Origin: a virus
Direction: 5' to 3' (one strand)
Virus record (IMG/VR): IMGVR_UViG_3300025572_000001
Span: 1 to 64,000 of that record
DNA length: 64,000 nucleotides
Shown here one piece after another: positions 32,382 to 40,446 of the stretch. The notes under the pieces were generated by a model that did no database searches, was not told the DNA's origin, and saw only the letters and a list, made by a program, of their open reading frames with translations. Both the position numbers and the translations under genes were made by a program. The stretch's first letter is position 1. Each line of letters starts with the position of its first letter.

Positions 32382-33666
32382 AGCGAACGAGCTGGTCGAA
32401 ACGGACGTGAATTTCGTCTCGCTGGTGAAGCGTGGGGCTAACCGAATCCCGTTTCGGATCACGAAAGAGGACAATGAAATGCTGGACCTTTACAAACTCG
32501 GTCGAAGCCTTTTCAAGAAGGCTGACCCCAAGCCGGAGATCGTAGCCGCCATCCTTCAGAAGGGTGCCAACCTTGAGCAGGTTGCGACCATCTTCAAGGA
32601 AGCGGGACTCGATCCGAAGGATTTCGTCCAGTCTGAAAAGGACGGAATTGTTACGGTCGCCAAGACCGATGCAGATAAGGCTGAGGATACCGTGGTTCTC
32701 ACGGTCTCTGACGATGTTGCCCTGGTTGTCGCCAACGTGAAGAAGGCGTTCGAGGGTTACGCCGGTACGGCAACGGATTTCGGTGTCGTCATGGCCACCG
32801 AAGGCGTCTACCCGTCTCTTTGCGTTGCCAACGAGGCGCTCCACAAGACTATCGGTAACATCCTGTTCAAGGCGTCTTCCCCCGATGAGGCGTCTGCTGA
32901 GGTTGCCAAGGCCATCGACGCATTCAAGGGGTACGTCACTGGCGTTCTCGGTTCCGTACCGGTTCAGGCTTTCAAGGTGGATGTTGAGTTCGCCAAGCTG
33001 CGAGCCGTGAAGGCAGCTGTTGAAGCTGAGGAGACCCAGAAGGCGGACGCGGGCAAGAACGGCACCGGTGCCGGTTTCGAGGAAGGCAAGGGGACGGGCG
33101 TTTCTGCTGCTGCCACCGAAGATGACCGGAAAAACACCGTGTTCGGTGCCCTTCCCGGTGAATCCACCACGGGCAACGAGGATGAGGGGCCTGTTGATGC
33201 CCGTAAGGCGGATACCGGTCTTCCTGACCCGAAGGGTCATGAGCCTGGTGATCCTGGTGGTTTCGCCGCTGCTCCTGCTGATACGGCTCGCGCTACGGCT
33301 GCTGCCACGCAGGACGACAAGAAGATGAATCAGAATGGTGGCGTCGATGGTTCCTCGATCCCGGATGGTGATTCCGGCCTGAACCGTCTTGGCGGCGTCC
33401 GCAAGGAAGAGATTGAGGCCCTGATGAAGGCTCTCGGTGATCTGAAGCAGATCGTTGAGACCTCCGTATCCGAAGTCCGCAAGGAAGTCGGGGCGCTCAA
33501 TACCCGTATCGAGCAGGTTGACCAGCGTGTCCAGAAGGCCGAGGCCGATCTGAGCGGTACGATCTACAACGAGGCCGGTGGTGACACCTTCAGGGCCAAG
33601 AAGTCTGACGGCGGCCACAACTCCATTCCGCCGCTGCTCGACACCGCTTACGACCGCAACGTCTAA
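32362..33666 (+). CDS. putative scaffolding / head-associated protein
   Basis: Lies between the protease and the capsid gene. Has a low-complexity acidic/Gly-rich centre and a coiled-coil C-terminus. Confidence 0.4.
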   Translation: MPKVRIKANELVETDVNFVSLVKRGANRIPFRITKEDNEMLDLYKLGRSLFKKADPKPEIVAAILQKGANLEQVATIFKEAGLDPKDFVQSEKDGIVTVAKTDADKAEDTVVLTVSDDVALVVANVKKAFEGYAGTATDFGVVMATEGVYPSLCVANEALHKTIGNILFKASSPDEASAEVAKAIDAFKGYVTGVLGSVPVQAFKVDVEFAKLRAVKAAVEAEETQKADAGKNGTGAGFEEGKGTGVSAAATEDDRKNTVFGALPGESTTGNEDEGPVDARKADTGLPDPKGHEPGDPGGFAAAPADTARATAAATQDDKKMNQNGGVDGSSIPDGDSGLNRLGGVRKEEIEALMKALGDLKQIVETSVSEVRKEVGALNTRIEQVDQRVQKAEADLSGTIYNEAGGDTFRAKKSDGGHNSIPPLLDTAYDRNV

Positions 33667-33706
33667 GTGCGGAAGAAGAACGCTTTTTAGAAAGGGTACT
33701 GGACAA

Positions 33707-34684
33707 ATGAGCACGAATGGCGAACTCCTCCGCAAGGCTGACCTCGTTATCGAGGACCTGCGCTCAAACGGTGGCGAGCTGCTGCCGGAGCAGGGTGCTG
33801 CCTTTATTCGCAAACTGATCAAGCAGCCGACGCTGATCAAGACCTGCCGCGTCGTGGAGATGTCCTCTCCGAAGCGCAAGATCAACAAGATCGGCTTCGG
33901 TAAGCGCATTCTCCGCAAGGCTACCTCGGGCGTTGCCCTGACCGAGCAGCAGCGTTCCAAGCCGACGACCGAGCAGCTGGAGCTCAACACGAAGGAACAG
34001 ATCGCTGAGGTCCGTCTGCCCTACGATGTTCTCGAAGACAACATCGAGCGGGCGATGGCTGCGAACAACGAACCGTCCAACACCGGTCCGGGCGGTCTCC
34101 GCCAGACGCTGATCGACCTGATTGCCGAGCGTGCTGCGCTCGACATGGAAGAGCTGGCGATCCTGGCCGACACCGACTACACCAACGCCTCCGATCAGGA
34201 CGACGAGGATTACCTCTCGCAGCTGGATGGCTGGATCAAGAACGGTGAGGAAAACGGCAACGTTGTTGATGCCGAGGATGAGACCATCTCTAAGGCCATC
34301 TTCAAGAAGGGCCTGAAGACGATGCCGTCTCAGTACCTCCGCAACCGTGCCGCTCTGACCCACTTCGTGTCGGTGAACAACGAGACCGAGTACCGTGATA
34401 CCCTGGCTGACCGTGCGACCGCGCTCGGTGACCAGATGGTTCAGGGCAACAACCCGGTCTACGCTTTCGGTTCGCCGGTGCGCTCCGTGGCGATGATGCC
34501 GGAGGACAAGGGCATCTACACTGACCCGCTGAACCTGATCTTCGGCATTCAGCGTCGGGTCTCGATGGAGTTCGATAAGGACATCACCGCACGTGTGTAC
34601 ATCATCGTGCTGACCTGCCGCATCGACTTCCAGATCGAAGAGCCCGAGGCGATGGTCGTCTACAACAACATCGGCTCCGAGTAA
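33707..34684 (+). CDS. major capsid protein
   Basis: 325 aa from ATG 33707, in the capsid position after protease/scaffold. Followed by a terminator, which is consistent with high expression. The fold was not verified. Confidence 0.68.
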   Translation: MSTNGELLRKADLVIEDLRSNGGELLPEQGAAFIRKLIKQPTLIKTCRVVEMSSPKRKINKIGFGKRILRKATSGVALTEQQRSKPTTEQLELNTKEQIAEVRLPYDVLEDNIERAMAANNEPSNTGPGGLRQTLIDLIAERAALDMEELAILADTDYTNASDQDDEDYLSQLDGWIKNGEENGNVVDAEDETISKAIFKKGLKTMPSQYLRNRAALTHFVSVNNETEYRDTLADRATALGDQMVQGNNPVYAFGSPVRSVAMMPEDKGIYTDPLNLIFGIQRRVSMEFDKDITARVYIIVLTCRIDFQIEEPEAMVVYNNIGSE

Positions 34685-34692
34685 TAGGAGCC

Positions 34693-34706
34693 TGCAATTA
34701 ATTGCA
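34693..34706. repeat. exact 14-bp palindrome TGCAATTAATTGCA
   Basis: 8 nt after the capsid stop and 4 nt before the terminator stem. Confidence 0.95.
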
Positions 34707-34710
34707 AAAT

Positions 34711-34741
34711 CGGGGTCAGAGTAATAAACTGACCCCGTTTT
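34711..34741 (+). terminator. rho-independent terminator
   Basis: Stem CGGGGTCAG / CTGACCCCG with a 9-nt loop, then TTTT. Confidence 0.7.
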
Positions 34742-34770
34742 CATGAGAACGCACAGCTAGGAGAGCTTTG

Positions 34771-35358
34771 ATGTTTATTGCGAAGCTTATGAAACCCCGT
34801 CGCCTCAACAAGTATGGGCGAGTGTGGGAGAAGGGTATTGAGGTTGTGGTAGACGAAGCCACAGCCCGTATTCTGACTGATGACGAACGCTTTCGCATCG
34901 CTCCCGTGAAAGATACGGTGCACGTCACTGAGGTGGTTTCCATTGTCAAGCAGGAAACCGAAGAGGATGAAAAGCCTGCTGGTCCGGTGAAGCCGACTGA
35001 CAAGAATGAACTCTACGAGGCTATTCGGGCGGCTGCCGATCAGCTCGATCCCGATGACGAGAAGAGTTTCATGGCCAATGGGCGTCCGAACGTCTACGCC
35101 CTGAGTAAGATTCTCGGATACGACATTTCGGCCAAGGAACGTGATGCAGCCCTTGAGGAGGCGGCTCCGCAGGGAAATTTTACGCCGGAGGCCCCGGCAC
35201 CAAAAAAGGGGCTGGTAATCCGAAAAGGCGGAAGCGCAAGCGTAAACGCAAAGCTGGAAAGCGAAGAGGAGGAGACCGACGACCTCGAAGCAGGAGAGGA
35301 AAGCTCATCCTCCGACCCCCGCAATGAGGACGACGATCCGAGTGGCGTAGAGGTGTAA
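34771..35358 (+). CDS. hypothetical virion-module protein, acidic C-terminus
   Basis: ATG 34771 follows AGGAGAG. 195 aa. Confidence 0.5.
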   Translation: MFIAKLMKPRRLNKYGRVWEKGIEVVVDEATARILTDDERFRIAPVKDTVHVTEVVSIVKQETEEDEKPAGPVKPTDKNELYEAIRAAADQLDPDDEKSFMANGRPNVYALSKILGYDISAKERDAALEEAAPQGNFTPEAPAPKKGLVIRKGGSASVNAKLESEEEETDDLEAGEESSSSDPRNEDDDPSGVEV

Positions 35359-35361
35359 GCG

Positions 35362-35928
35362 ATGTTCCTTGCTTCCGTGGACACCATCCGACAGCAGCTT
35401 GGATATGACGAGATGGACGACATCAACGCGGCCATTGAGATGGCGCTTGATGCCGTAACTCCGCAGCTGGAATCCGTCCTGCAAACGAGGTTTCCACGGG
35501 AGCAAGTGACGGACATATTCTATGTTCCGGCACCCACGTACATCCACGGAAGCCACTACGAGACTCAGTTCAAGCTGAGCCGTGGCTTCCTGGCGTCCGA
35601 ACCCGAGACTTCCGTAGATGGGTTGATCTATGACCTCGAAAAGGGGTTTGCGAAGGATTACAAGACCTACTACAGCCGAAGCAGGGTGGAGTTCACCTAC
35701 GAGGCGGGGTTCGACCCCGACCCGAACAACCCGAAATCCTACGATCTGACTCAGGTGCCGAAATGGTTGCAGGAGGCGGCAACGATCAAGGCGCTCACGC
35801 ATCTTGCCACCATGCAGGCCGTAACTGAGGCGGGAATCAAGCTGGATCGTCGTATCCTGCACAGCCAGTACGCAGCCATCATAAACGGAAGGCTCCGGTA
35901 CGCACCGCTGGCCGTTCTGCCTCTGTGA
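35362..35928 (+). CDS. putative head-tail connector (gp6-like)
   Basis: Called by position after the capsid gene and from N-terminal VDTIRQQLGYDEMDD, typical of connector/adaptor proteins (weak evidence). Confidence 0.4.
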   Translation: MFLASVDTIRQQLGYDEMDDINAAIEMALDAVTPQLESVLQTRFPREQVTDIFYVPAPTYIHGSHYETQFKLSRGFLASEPETSVDGLIYDLEKGFAKDYKTYYSRSRVEFTYEAGFDPDPNNPKSYDLTQVPKWLQEAATIKALTHLATMQAVTEAGIKLDRRILHSQYAAIINGRLRYAPLAVLPL

Positions 35929-35936
35929 GGTAGGTC

Positions 35937-36581
35937 ATGGCCACCAGGTTCGAGTTCCGTTTCCAGTTCCGGAACAAGCGTTACTACGATGCCCGCAGAG
36001 GCTTGATCGCCTTTGCGGATGAGCTTGGTAAGAGCTGGGAGGACTCGGCGCAGGTTCTGAGCAAAGAACTGAAGAGCTTTCTTCAGGGCGTAGTCAGGGA
36101 GATTGCGGACAGGCATAGCACTCCATGGCCCCAGGGAACGACCGACAAGACGCTATCGAAACGTTCCGGGAAACTGGTCAATTCCATCCTCAGAAGTGTA
36201 AGGGTAAAGGGCGATAAGATCAGCACCCTCCAGGGCTATATCAGCCTCGGAAATCCCGCGCTTATTCACGAATTTGGGGCGACCATAAAGCCGAAGAGGG
36301 CCAAGTTCCTTACTGTACCATTGCCTGATGCCCTCGATGCCAACGGGAAACCCAGGAAGAAAAGGGCGAGAGATTGGGAAAACACGTTTGTTGCAAAAAC
36401 AAGAGCGGGGAACCTTCTGATCTTTCAACGTAGGGGAGCGCAGATAATCCCGCTTTATGTGCTGAAAAGCAGCGTGACGATCAAACCACGGTTGGGTGTG
36501 CGAGATACCCTGAAGAAGAGTGTGCCGAGATTCGTTGAAAGAGCTGCCGACCAGATGGTCCGCCACATAAGGGTGAAGTGA
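35937..36581 (+). CDS. putative head-tail joining protein (HK97 gp10-like)
   Basis: Called by position plus HEFGATIKPKRAKFLTVPLP, which resembles the gp10-family block (memory). Confidence 0.4.
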   Translation: MATRFEFRFQFRNKRYYDARRGLIAFADELGKSWEDSAQVLSKELKSFLQGVVREIADRHSTPWPQGTTDKTLSKRSGKLVNSILRSVRVKGDKISTLQGYISLGNPALIHEFGATIKPKRAKFLTVPLPDALDANGKPRKKRARDWENTFVAKTRAGNLLIFQRRGAQIIPLYVLKSSVTIKPRLGVRDTLKKSVPRFVERAADQMVRHIRVK

Positions 36582-36582
36582 A

Positions 36583-37047
36583 ATGGTTGAGAGCGTTCGT
36601 CACAAGATTCTCCGCACCATGGCTGAGACCTTCGCGGCGGTCTCTGAGCCTGATTACCCGCTCAAGTTTTCGACCGTTGGCATGGGTCCTCTTAGTGAGG
36701 CCGATCACAAAAAGCGGTTCTCGATTGGCATCGTGCCTGGTCCGGAGCAGTACAAGCACAGCTTCCCGTACATCGAACGATTGCTGGATGTGGCAATCGA
36801 ATTTCGCATCACGGTCAACCGAACGGACCCGGACCCTGGTGAATTGGCGGAAACAGTGCTGACTGTCGTAGAGCAGGTGGTTGCCAAGAACAGGACGTGG
36901 GGCGGGCTGGCCTTAGATACCGACTACAAGACCAGCGAACTCGACATGACGACCTATGATGACAAGACGATCATGGGCGTCCTGTGGGTGACTGTGCATT
37001 ACCGCCATGCACACGGCGATCCGACTGATCCGAACCCGTCCGTGTAG
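36583..37047 (+). CDS. putative tail completion/terminator protein
   Basis: Called by position only. Confidence 0.35.
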   Translation: MVESVRHKILRTMAETFAAVSEPDYPLKFSTVGMGPLSEADHKKRFSIGIVPGPEQYKHSFPYIERLLDVAIEFRITVNRTDPDPGELAETVLTVVEQVVAKNRTWGGLALDTDYKTSELDMTTYDDKTIMGVLWVTVHYRHAHGDPTDPNPSV

Positions 37048-37076
37048 TGGCCTTTCGCTGAGACCAGATTCCTTGA

Positions 37077-37122
37077 CCCGACTCCGCGTTAATGCAATTA
37101 ATTGCAACCTGTTGGAGTCGGG
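37077..37122. repeat. 46-bp inverted repeat (9-bp arms CCCGACTCC/GGAGTCGGG) concentric with an exact palindrome
   Basis: Arms at 37077..37085 and 37114..37122. There are 7-nt spacers on each side of the palindrome at 37093..37106. Confidence 0.85.
37093..37106. repeat. exact 14-bp palindrome TGCAATTAATTGCA
   Basis: Intergenic. Confidence 0.95.
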
Positions 37123-37160
37123 ATAGTCCCGGCGCATCTGAAAGGAAGGATGCTCCAGCG

Positions 37161-37427
37161 ATGAAGCTCAAGCGCAATCATTTCTCTGGTCTCAGCAACA
37201 TCTTCGGAGAAAAGGGCAAGAACCTTGCCGACATTCTGAACACGAAGCCCGACCGTGAGGACTTCGACGAAATCGAGCCGATTGATGACCCGGACACCGC
37301 CACGGCCAAGGACGTTGCGGAAAAGCTGAACGAAATTCTGGCTGTTTTGCAGACTCCGCCTGCCACGGAGCCTGAACCCGAGCCTGAGGAAGGCGATGGC
37401 CAGGGTGACGGTTCGGGTCAGGGTTAA
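37161..37427 (+). CDS. small acidic hypothetical protein
   Basis: ATG 37161. 88 aa with a Pro/Glu/Gly-rich tail. Confidence 0.45.
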   Translation: MKLKRNHFSGLSNIFGEKGKNLADILNTKPDREDFDEIEPIDDPDTATAKDVAEKLNEILAVLQTPPATEPEPEPEEGDGQGDGSGQG

Positions 37428-37457
37428 GGACAGCCCCGTAGGTAAAGGAGAATAGCC

Positions 37458-38696
37458 ATGAGTGTTCTGCTTACTCGTAGGGCTGTTGTTCAGGCGAAGG
37501 TCGAATCCGTCTACGGACAGGCTGAGACCGTTGGCGTCGATGACGGCGTTCTGGTTTCCGAGCCGACCTACACGATTGAACCGAACGTGCTGGAGCGCGA
37601 CTTTGTGCGGGATAGCATCTCGCAGTCCCCACACATCATTGGTCGCAAGCTTGCTCAGATGGAGTTCACGACCGAGCTTCGTGGCAACGGCAAGCAGCAT
37701 TCCGGTAACGCGGCGGATGCCCCGATCATCTCTCGCCTGTTCCGGGCCTGTGGTTACAAGATGACCTCGGAAACCGGTCCGTGGGTGAAGGGCGTATTCG
37801 ACGTTGACGACCATGCCAACCGTGTCACTTGGGTTTCTGACGTGACCCAGGCTGATAACACGGACGTGATCTGCTATTTCATTGAGGTCACGACTGCTGG
37901 TGAGTCCGGTGTCGCGGAAGTCACGATTACTTCGGACACGCAGGGTGAAGGCTCTGCTGCTCAGACCATTGAGTCAGGCACCGACATCAATGTCGGTACG
38001 CATGGCCTGGTCCTGACGCCGACCTTTACCGGAGAGCTGGTCCAGGGTCAGAAGTGGGTTGTCTGGCTGATGCCTGCTGGCCTGCGGCTCGATCCGATCT
38101 CGGATAACTTCGAGTCCATCACGCTCGTCATGTATAAGGACGGCGTGAAGCACGTCATGCCTGGTGCGTTCGGTACGTTCGAGATCACGGCCACCGCCGG
38201 TGAGTTCGCTTCGGTTAGTTGGACGTTCACCGGTATCTGGCAGGCTCCGGTCGATGAGCAGATGCCGACCCCGAACTACGAGCGGACCCTGCCTTCGCAG
38301 GTCGAGCTGGCTCGCCTTCGTGTTGGTGGATTCTACGCCATCGTGGAAGAGTTCACGTTCGATCAGGCGAACGATATCCAGATCAGGCCGGACGTTTCGT
38401 CCAAGGAAGGCTACATCGGCACCCGTATCGTCTCCCGCGCTCCGGAAGGCGGTATCAACCCCGAAGCCGACCTCGTGGCGAACAACGACTTCTGGTCGCA
38501 CCTGGCGAACGCCAGCCGGATGCCGTTCCAGATGCGCGTTGGCCATCAGCCCGGCAATACGGTCTGGATCGTTGCACCGGGTGTCCAGTACACGGGCCTG
38601 ACCTACGCCGACCGGAACGGCATTCTGACCTACGATGCCGGTCTGAAGTTCCCGGCGTACAACTCGAACGACGAAATCATGTTCTTCCTCTGCTAG
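37458..38696 (+). CDS. putative major tail (tube) protein
   Basis: 412 aa, upstream of the chaperone/tape-measure genes, with AAGGAG upstream and a strong terminator after it. Confidence 0.5.
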   Translation: MSVLLTRRAVVQAKVESVYGQAETVGVDDGVLVSEPTYTIEPNVLERDFVRDSISQSPHIIGRKLAQMEFTTELRGNGKQHSGNAADAPIISRLFRACGYKMTSETGPWVKGVFDVDDHANRVTWVSDVTQADNTDVICYFIEVTTAGESGVAEVTITSDTQGEGSAAQTIESGTDINVGTHGLVLTPTFTGELVQGQKWVVWLMPAGLRLDPISDNFESITLVMYKDGVKHVMPGAFGTFEITATAGEFASVSWTFTGIWQAPVDEQMPTPNYERTLPSQVELARLRVGGFYAIVEEFTFDQANDIQIRPDVSSKEGYIGTRIVSRAPEGGINPEADLVANNDFWSHLANASRMPFQMRVGHQPGNTVWIVAPGVQYTGLTYADRNGILTYDAGLKFPAYNSNDEIMFFLC

Positions 38697-38706
38697 TCGG
38701 AGGAAA

Positions 38707-38720
38707 TGCAATCAATTGCA
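38707..38720. repeat. 1-mismatch palindrome copy TGCAATcAATTGCA
   Basis: Intergenic, 6 nt before the terminator stem. Confidence 0.9.
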
Positions 38721-38726
38721 ACGGAG

Positions 38727-38753
38727 AGCGGCCCTCGTGGCCGCTTTCTTTTT
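38727..38753 (+). terminator. rho-independent terminator
   Basis: Stem AGCGGCC / GGCCGCT with a 5-nt loop, then TTTCTTTTT. Confidence 0.8.
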
Positions 38754-38824
38754 GTTGACGCTTTTTGAACGGTCGGTGAAGTAGGTGCCAGGAAATATGG
38801 AGACCAAACAGCATGGAGTAGGAA

Positions 38825-39151
38825 ATGCGATTCATTTTGATCATCCTGGCAATCGCTGGCCTCTGGTATCTGGGGCAGCCAAGTGCGGAGAGTAAAGCAT
38901 GGGGCGAGCACTGCATGAATGGTTGGACCGGCTCGCATCTGAAGCTCGAAGAAGCGGTGAAGAAATCCCTGCGGGACCCCAAGAGCTTCGAACATGTCGA
39001 GACCCGCACCTCGAAGGTGAAGGATGGTGTCAACAAGGTACGCATGGAGTTCCGAGCCAAGAACGGTTTCGGGGGCCTGAATACCGGATACGCTTACGCC
39101 GAGATCGACAACAAGACCTGCAAGCTTCTGTCCTGGCGGCTCAAGGAATAG
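38825..39151 (+). CDS. small secreted/periplasmic protein (moron-like insert)
   Basis: Signal-like N-terminus MRFILIILAIAGLWYLG. GSHLKLEEAVKKSLRDPKSFEHVET recalls a widespread small bacterial periplasmic protein family (memory). Bracketed by terminator-like structures. Confidence 0.62.
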   Translation: MRFILIILAIAGLWYLGQPSAESKAWGEHCMNGWTGSHLKLEEAVKKSLRDPKSFEHVETRTSKVKDGVNKVRMEFRAKNGFGGLNTGYAYAEIDNKTCKLLSWRLKE

Positions 39152-39165
39152 ACCAGTCAGCCTTC

Positions 39166-39225
39166 ACCACCAGTCCTCAGTTGTGAGATAAATGAGGTCT
39201 CACCGAAAGGGCTGGTGGTTTTATT
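39166..39225 (+). terminator. terminator-like compound hairpin
   Basis: Outer stem ACCACCAG / CTGGTGGT encloses an inner GTGAGA/TCTCAC hairpin, followed by TTTTATT. The long loop lowers confidence. Confidence 0.35.
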
Positions 39226-39450
39226 ATGTCTGGCACTGGAAGCAAATTCAGCGTCAAAGTCTACATTGTCCAGAAAGCAGACCGAAAAGGGAACCTTCAG
39301 GGTGAGGTCCTGGCCGCGAAACTCACCCATAGTGCGGCCCACGAGATAGCCAAGAATAACGCTCCCGCAAAAGTAACCTGCATAGTTGCTGACAAGTCCC
39401 CCATTCCGAACGGGCCGGATTACGTTTCAGACCAGCGGAAATGCAATTAA
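39226..39450 (+). CDS. hypothetical protein
   Basis: 74-aa ORF with a GGTGG RBS-like element 7 nt upstream. Confidence 0.4.
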   Translation: MSGTGSKFSVKVYIVQKADRKGNLQGEVLAAKLTHSAAHEIAKNNAPAKVTCIVADKSPIPNGPDYVSDQRKCN

Positions 39451-39455
39451 TTGCG
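39442..39455. repeat. 1-mismatch palindrome copy TGCAATTAATTGCg
   Basis: Straddles the stop at 39448..39450. Confidence 0.9.
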
Positions 39456-39532
39456 CTGGGCTCCTCAGCTGAGTATCTTTACCGCTACCCATAGTGGGAT
39501 ACTCAGCAGCCGAATGGCAGAGGAGTTTGAAA

Positions 39533-40033
39533 ATGGCCCTGATTGCTCTTACCGTGCACGACACGGTTGAATACGTTTCTGACCTCGATCCTGCAAAGAC
39601 CAAGCAGTTCGTGCCGATTGACCCGAGTGACCCGACCAAGGGCGAGGAAGAGCGGGAGGTAATCGGTGAGGGTGCTACCGTCTTCCTGCTTCGCCCGCTC
39701 GATGTGTTCCTGATGGGCCACATCTATGACAGCGCGTCGGTGATTTCCGGCAAGCAGGGTGATGACACGGTTGGTATCCATACCCGCGTGAACCAGACGA
39801 ACATTGATGCTGTTCGCCACGGCCTGGCTGGCTTCAGGAACTTCGCGGACAAGTACGGAAATCAGGTTCGCTTCAAGACCCAGAAGGCGGTCGTCAACGG
39901 GCGCGAATATGAGGTCGTTCACGACGACATCATGAACATGTTCGGTGTCCGACTGATTTCTGAGCTGGCCCAGAAGATCAAGGACATCAGCGAAGTCAGC
40001 AAGGAAGAGGAAAAAAACTCCGCAAGGGCGTAG
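39533..40033 (+). CDS. tail assembly chaperone (gpG-like, zero-frame product)
   Basis: Immediately upstream of the tape measure. Ends 13 nt after a canonical slippery heptamer. Confidence 0.7.
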   Translation: MALIALTVHDTVEYVSDLDPAKTKQFVPIDPSDPTKGEEEREVIGEGATVFLLRPLDVFLMGHIYDSASVISGKQGDDTVGIHTRVNQTNIDAVRHGLAGFRNFADKYGNQVRFKTQKAVVNGREYEVVHDDIMNMFGVRLISELAQKIKDISEVSKEEEKNSARA

Positions 40034-40440
40034 CCGCGATCCGGCTACTGCCCGAACGGCAGTGTGACGGTTGCAAGCGTCAGGACGAATGGGGGTGCTT
40101 CGCAAGGCCATACACGGTGGTGACCGAAAAGGGTGATAAGGAGATCAGGTGGCACAAGCCAGCGCAGCTCCCAATAACCCTTCTTGGTGAGGACATATGG
40201 GCTTGCCCTCGCCAGCACATAAGGGAGAACCCGTTTTATTGGGCGGCGATCCTGAAATACTACGGTATGTACCGCAAAGGGTTTCTGCCTAGTGCCGGAG
40301 GGATTGCAGACCAATCGAACAAGGCCATCGAGGTATTCCGCATTCTGGATGACGCGAATGACGCGTGTGACCGGGAAGAGCTGAACAGGGAGAAAGAGCG
40401 GAAGGCACGAGAGAGTAGGATGCCCCCGAGGCGAAGGTAG
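39533..40440 (+). CDS. tail assembly chaperone frameshift fusion (gpGT-like; join 39533..40018 with 40018..40440 after a -1 slip)
   Basis: The -1 frame continues ..KKLRKGVAAIRLLPERQCDGCKRQDEWGC.. into track ORF 40117..40440. This matches the conserved G/GT architecture upstream of tape-measure genes. Confidence 0.62.
40012..40018 (+). promoter_or_regulatory. -1 programmed ribosomal frameshift slippery site A_AAA_AAC
   Basis: In the G frame the codons read GAA AAA AAC. The -1 frame is open from 39964 to 40440. Confidence 0.7.
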
Positions 40441-40446
40441 GCGGCT

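Noticed and set aside
34771-35358. A possible HeH/Mu-like N-terminal motif (NGRPNVYALSKILGYDISAKERDAA) as the basis for a functional call.
   Set aside because: The recollection of the family is too vague to support an annotation. The gene is left as hypothetical.
38755-38783. TTGACG at 38755 considered as the -35 element of a moron promoter.
   Set aside because: No acceptable -10 hexamer lies at 16-18 nt spacing (GAAGTA, AAGTAG). It was kept only as a remark, not as a feature.
40117-40440. GTG 40117 considered as an independent gene start.
   Set aside because: The frame is open upstream to 39964 and is reached by a canonical -1 slippery site at 40012..40018 at the end of the chaperone gene. 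It is interpreted as the T part of a G-T fusion.
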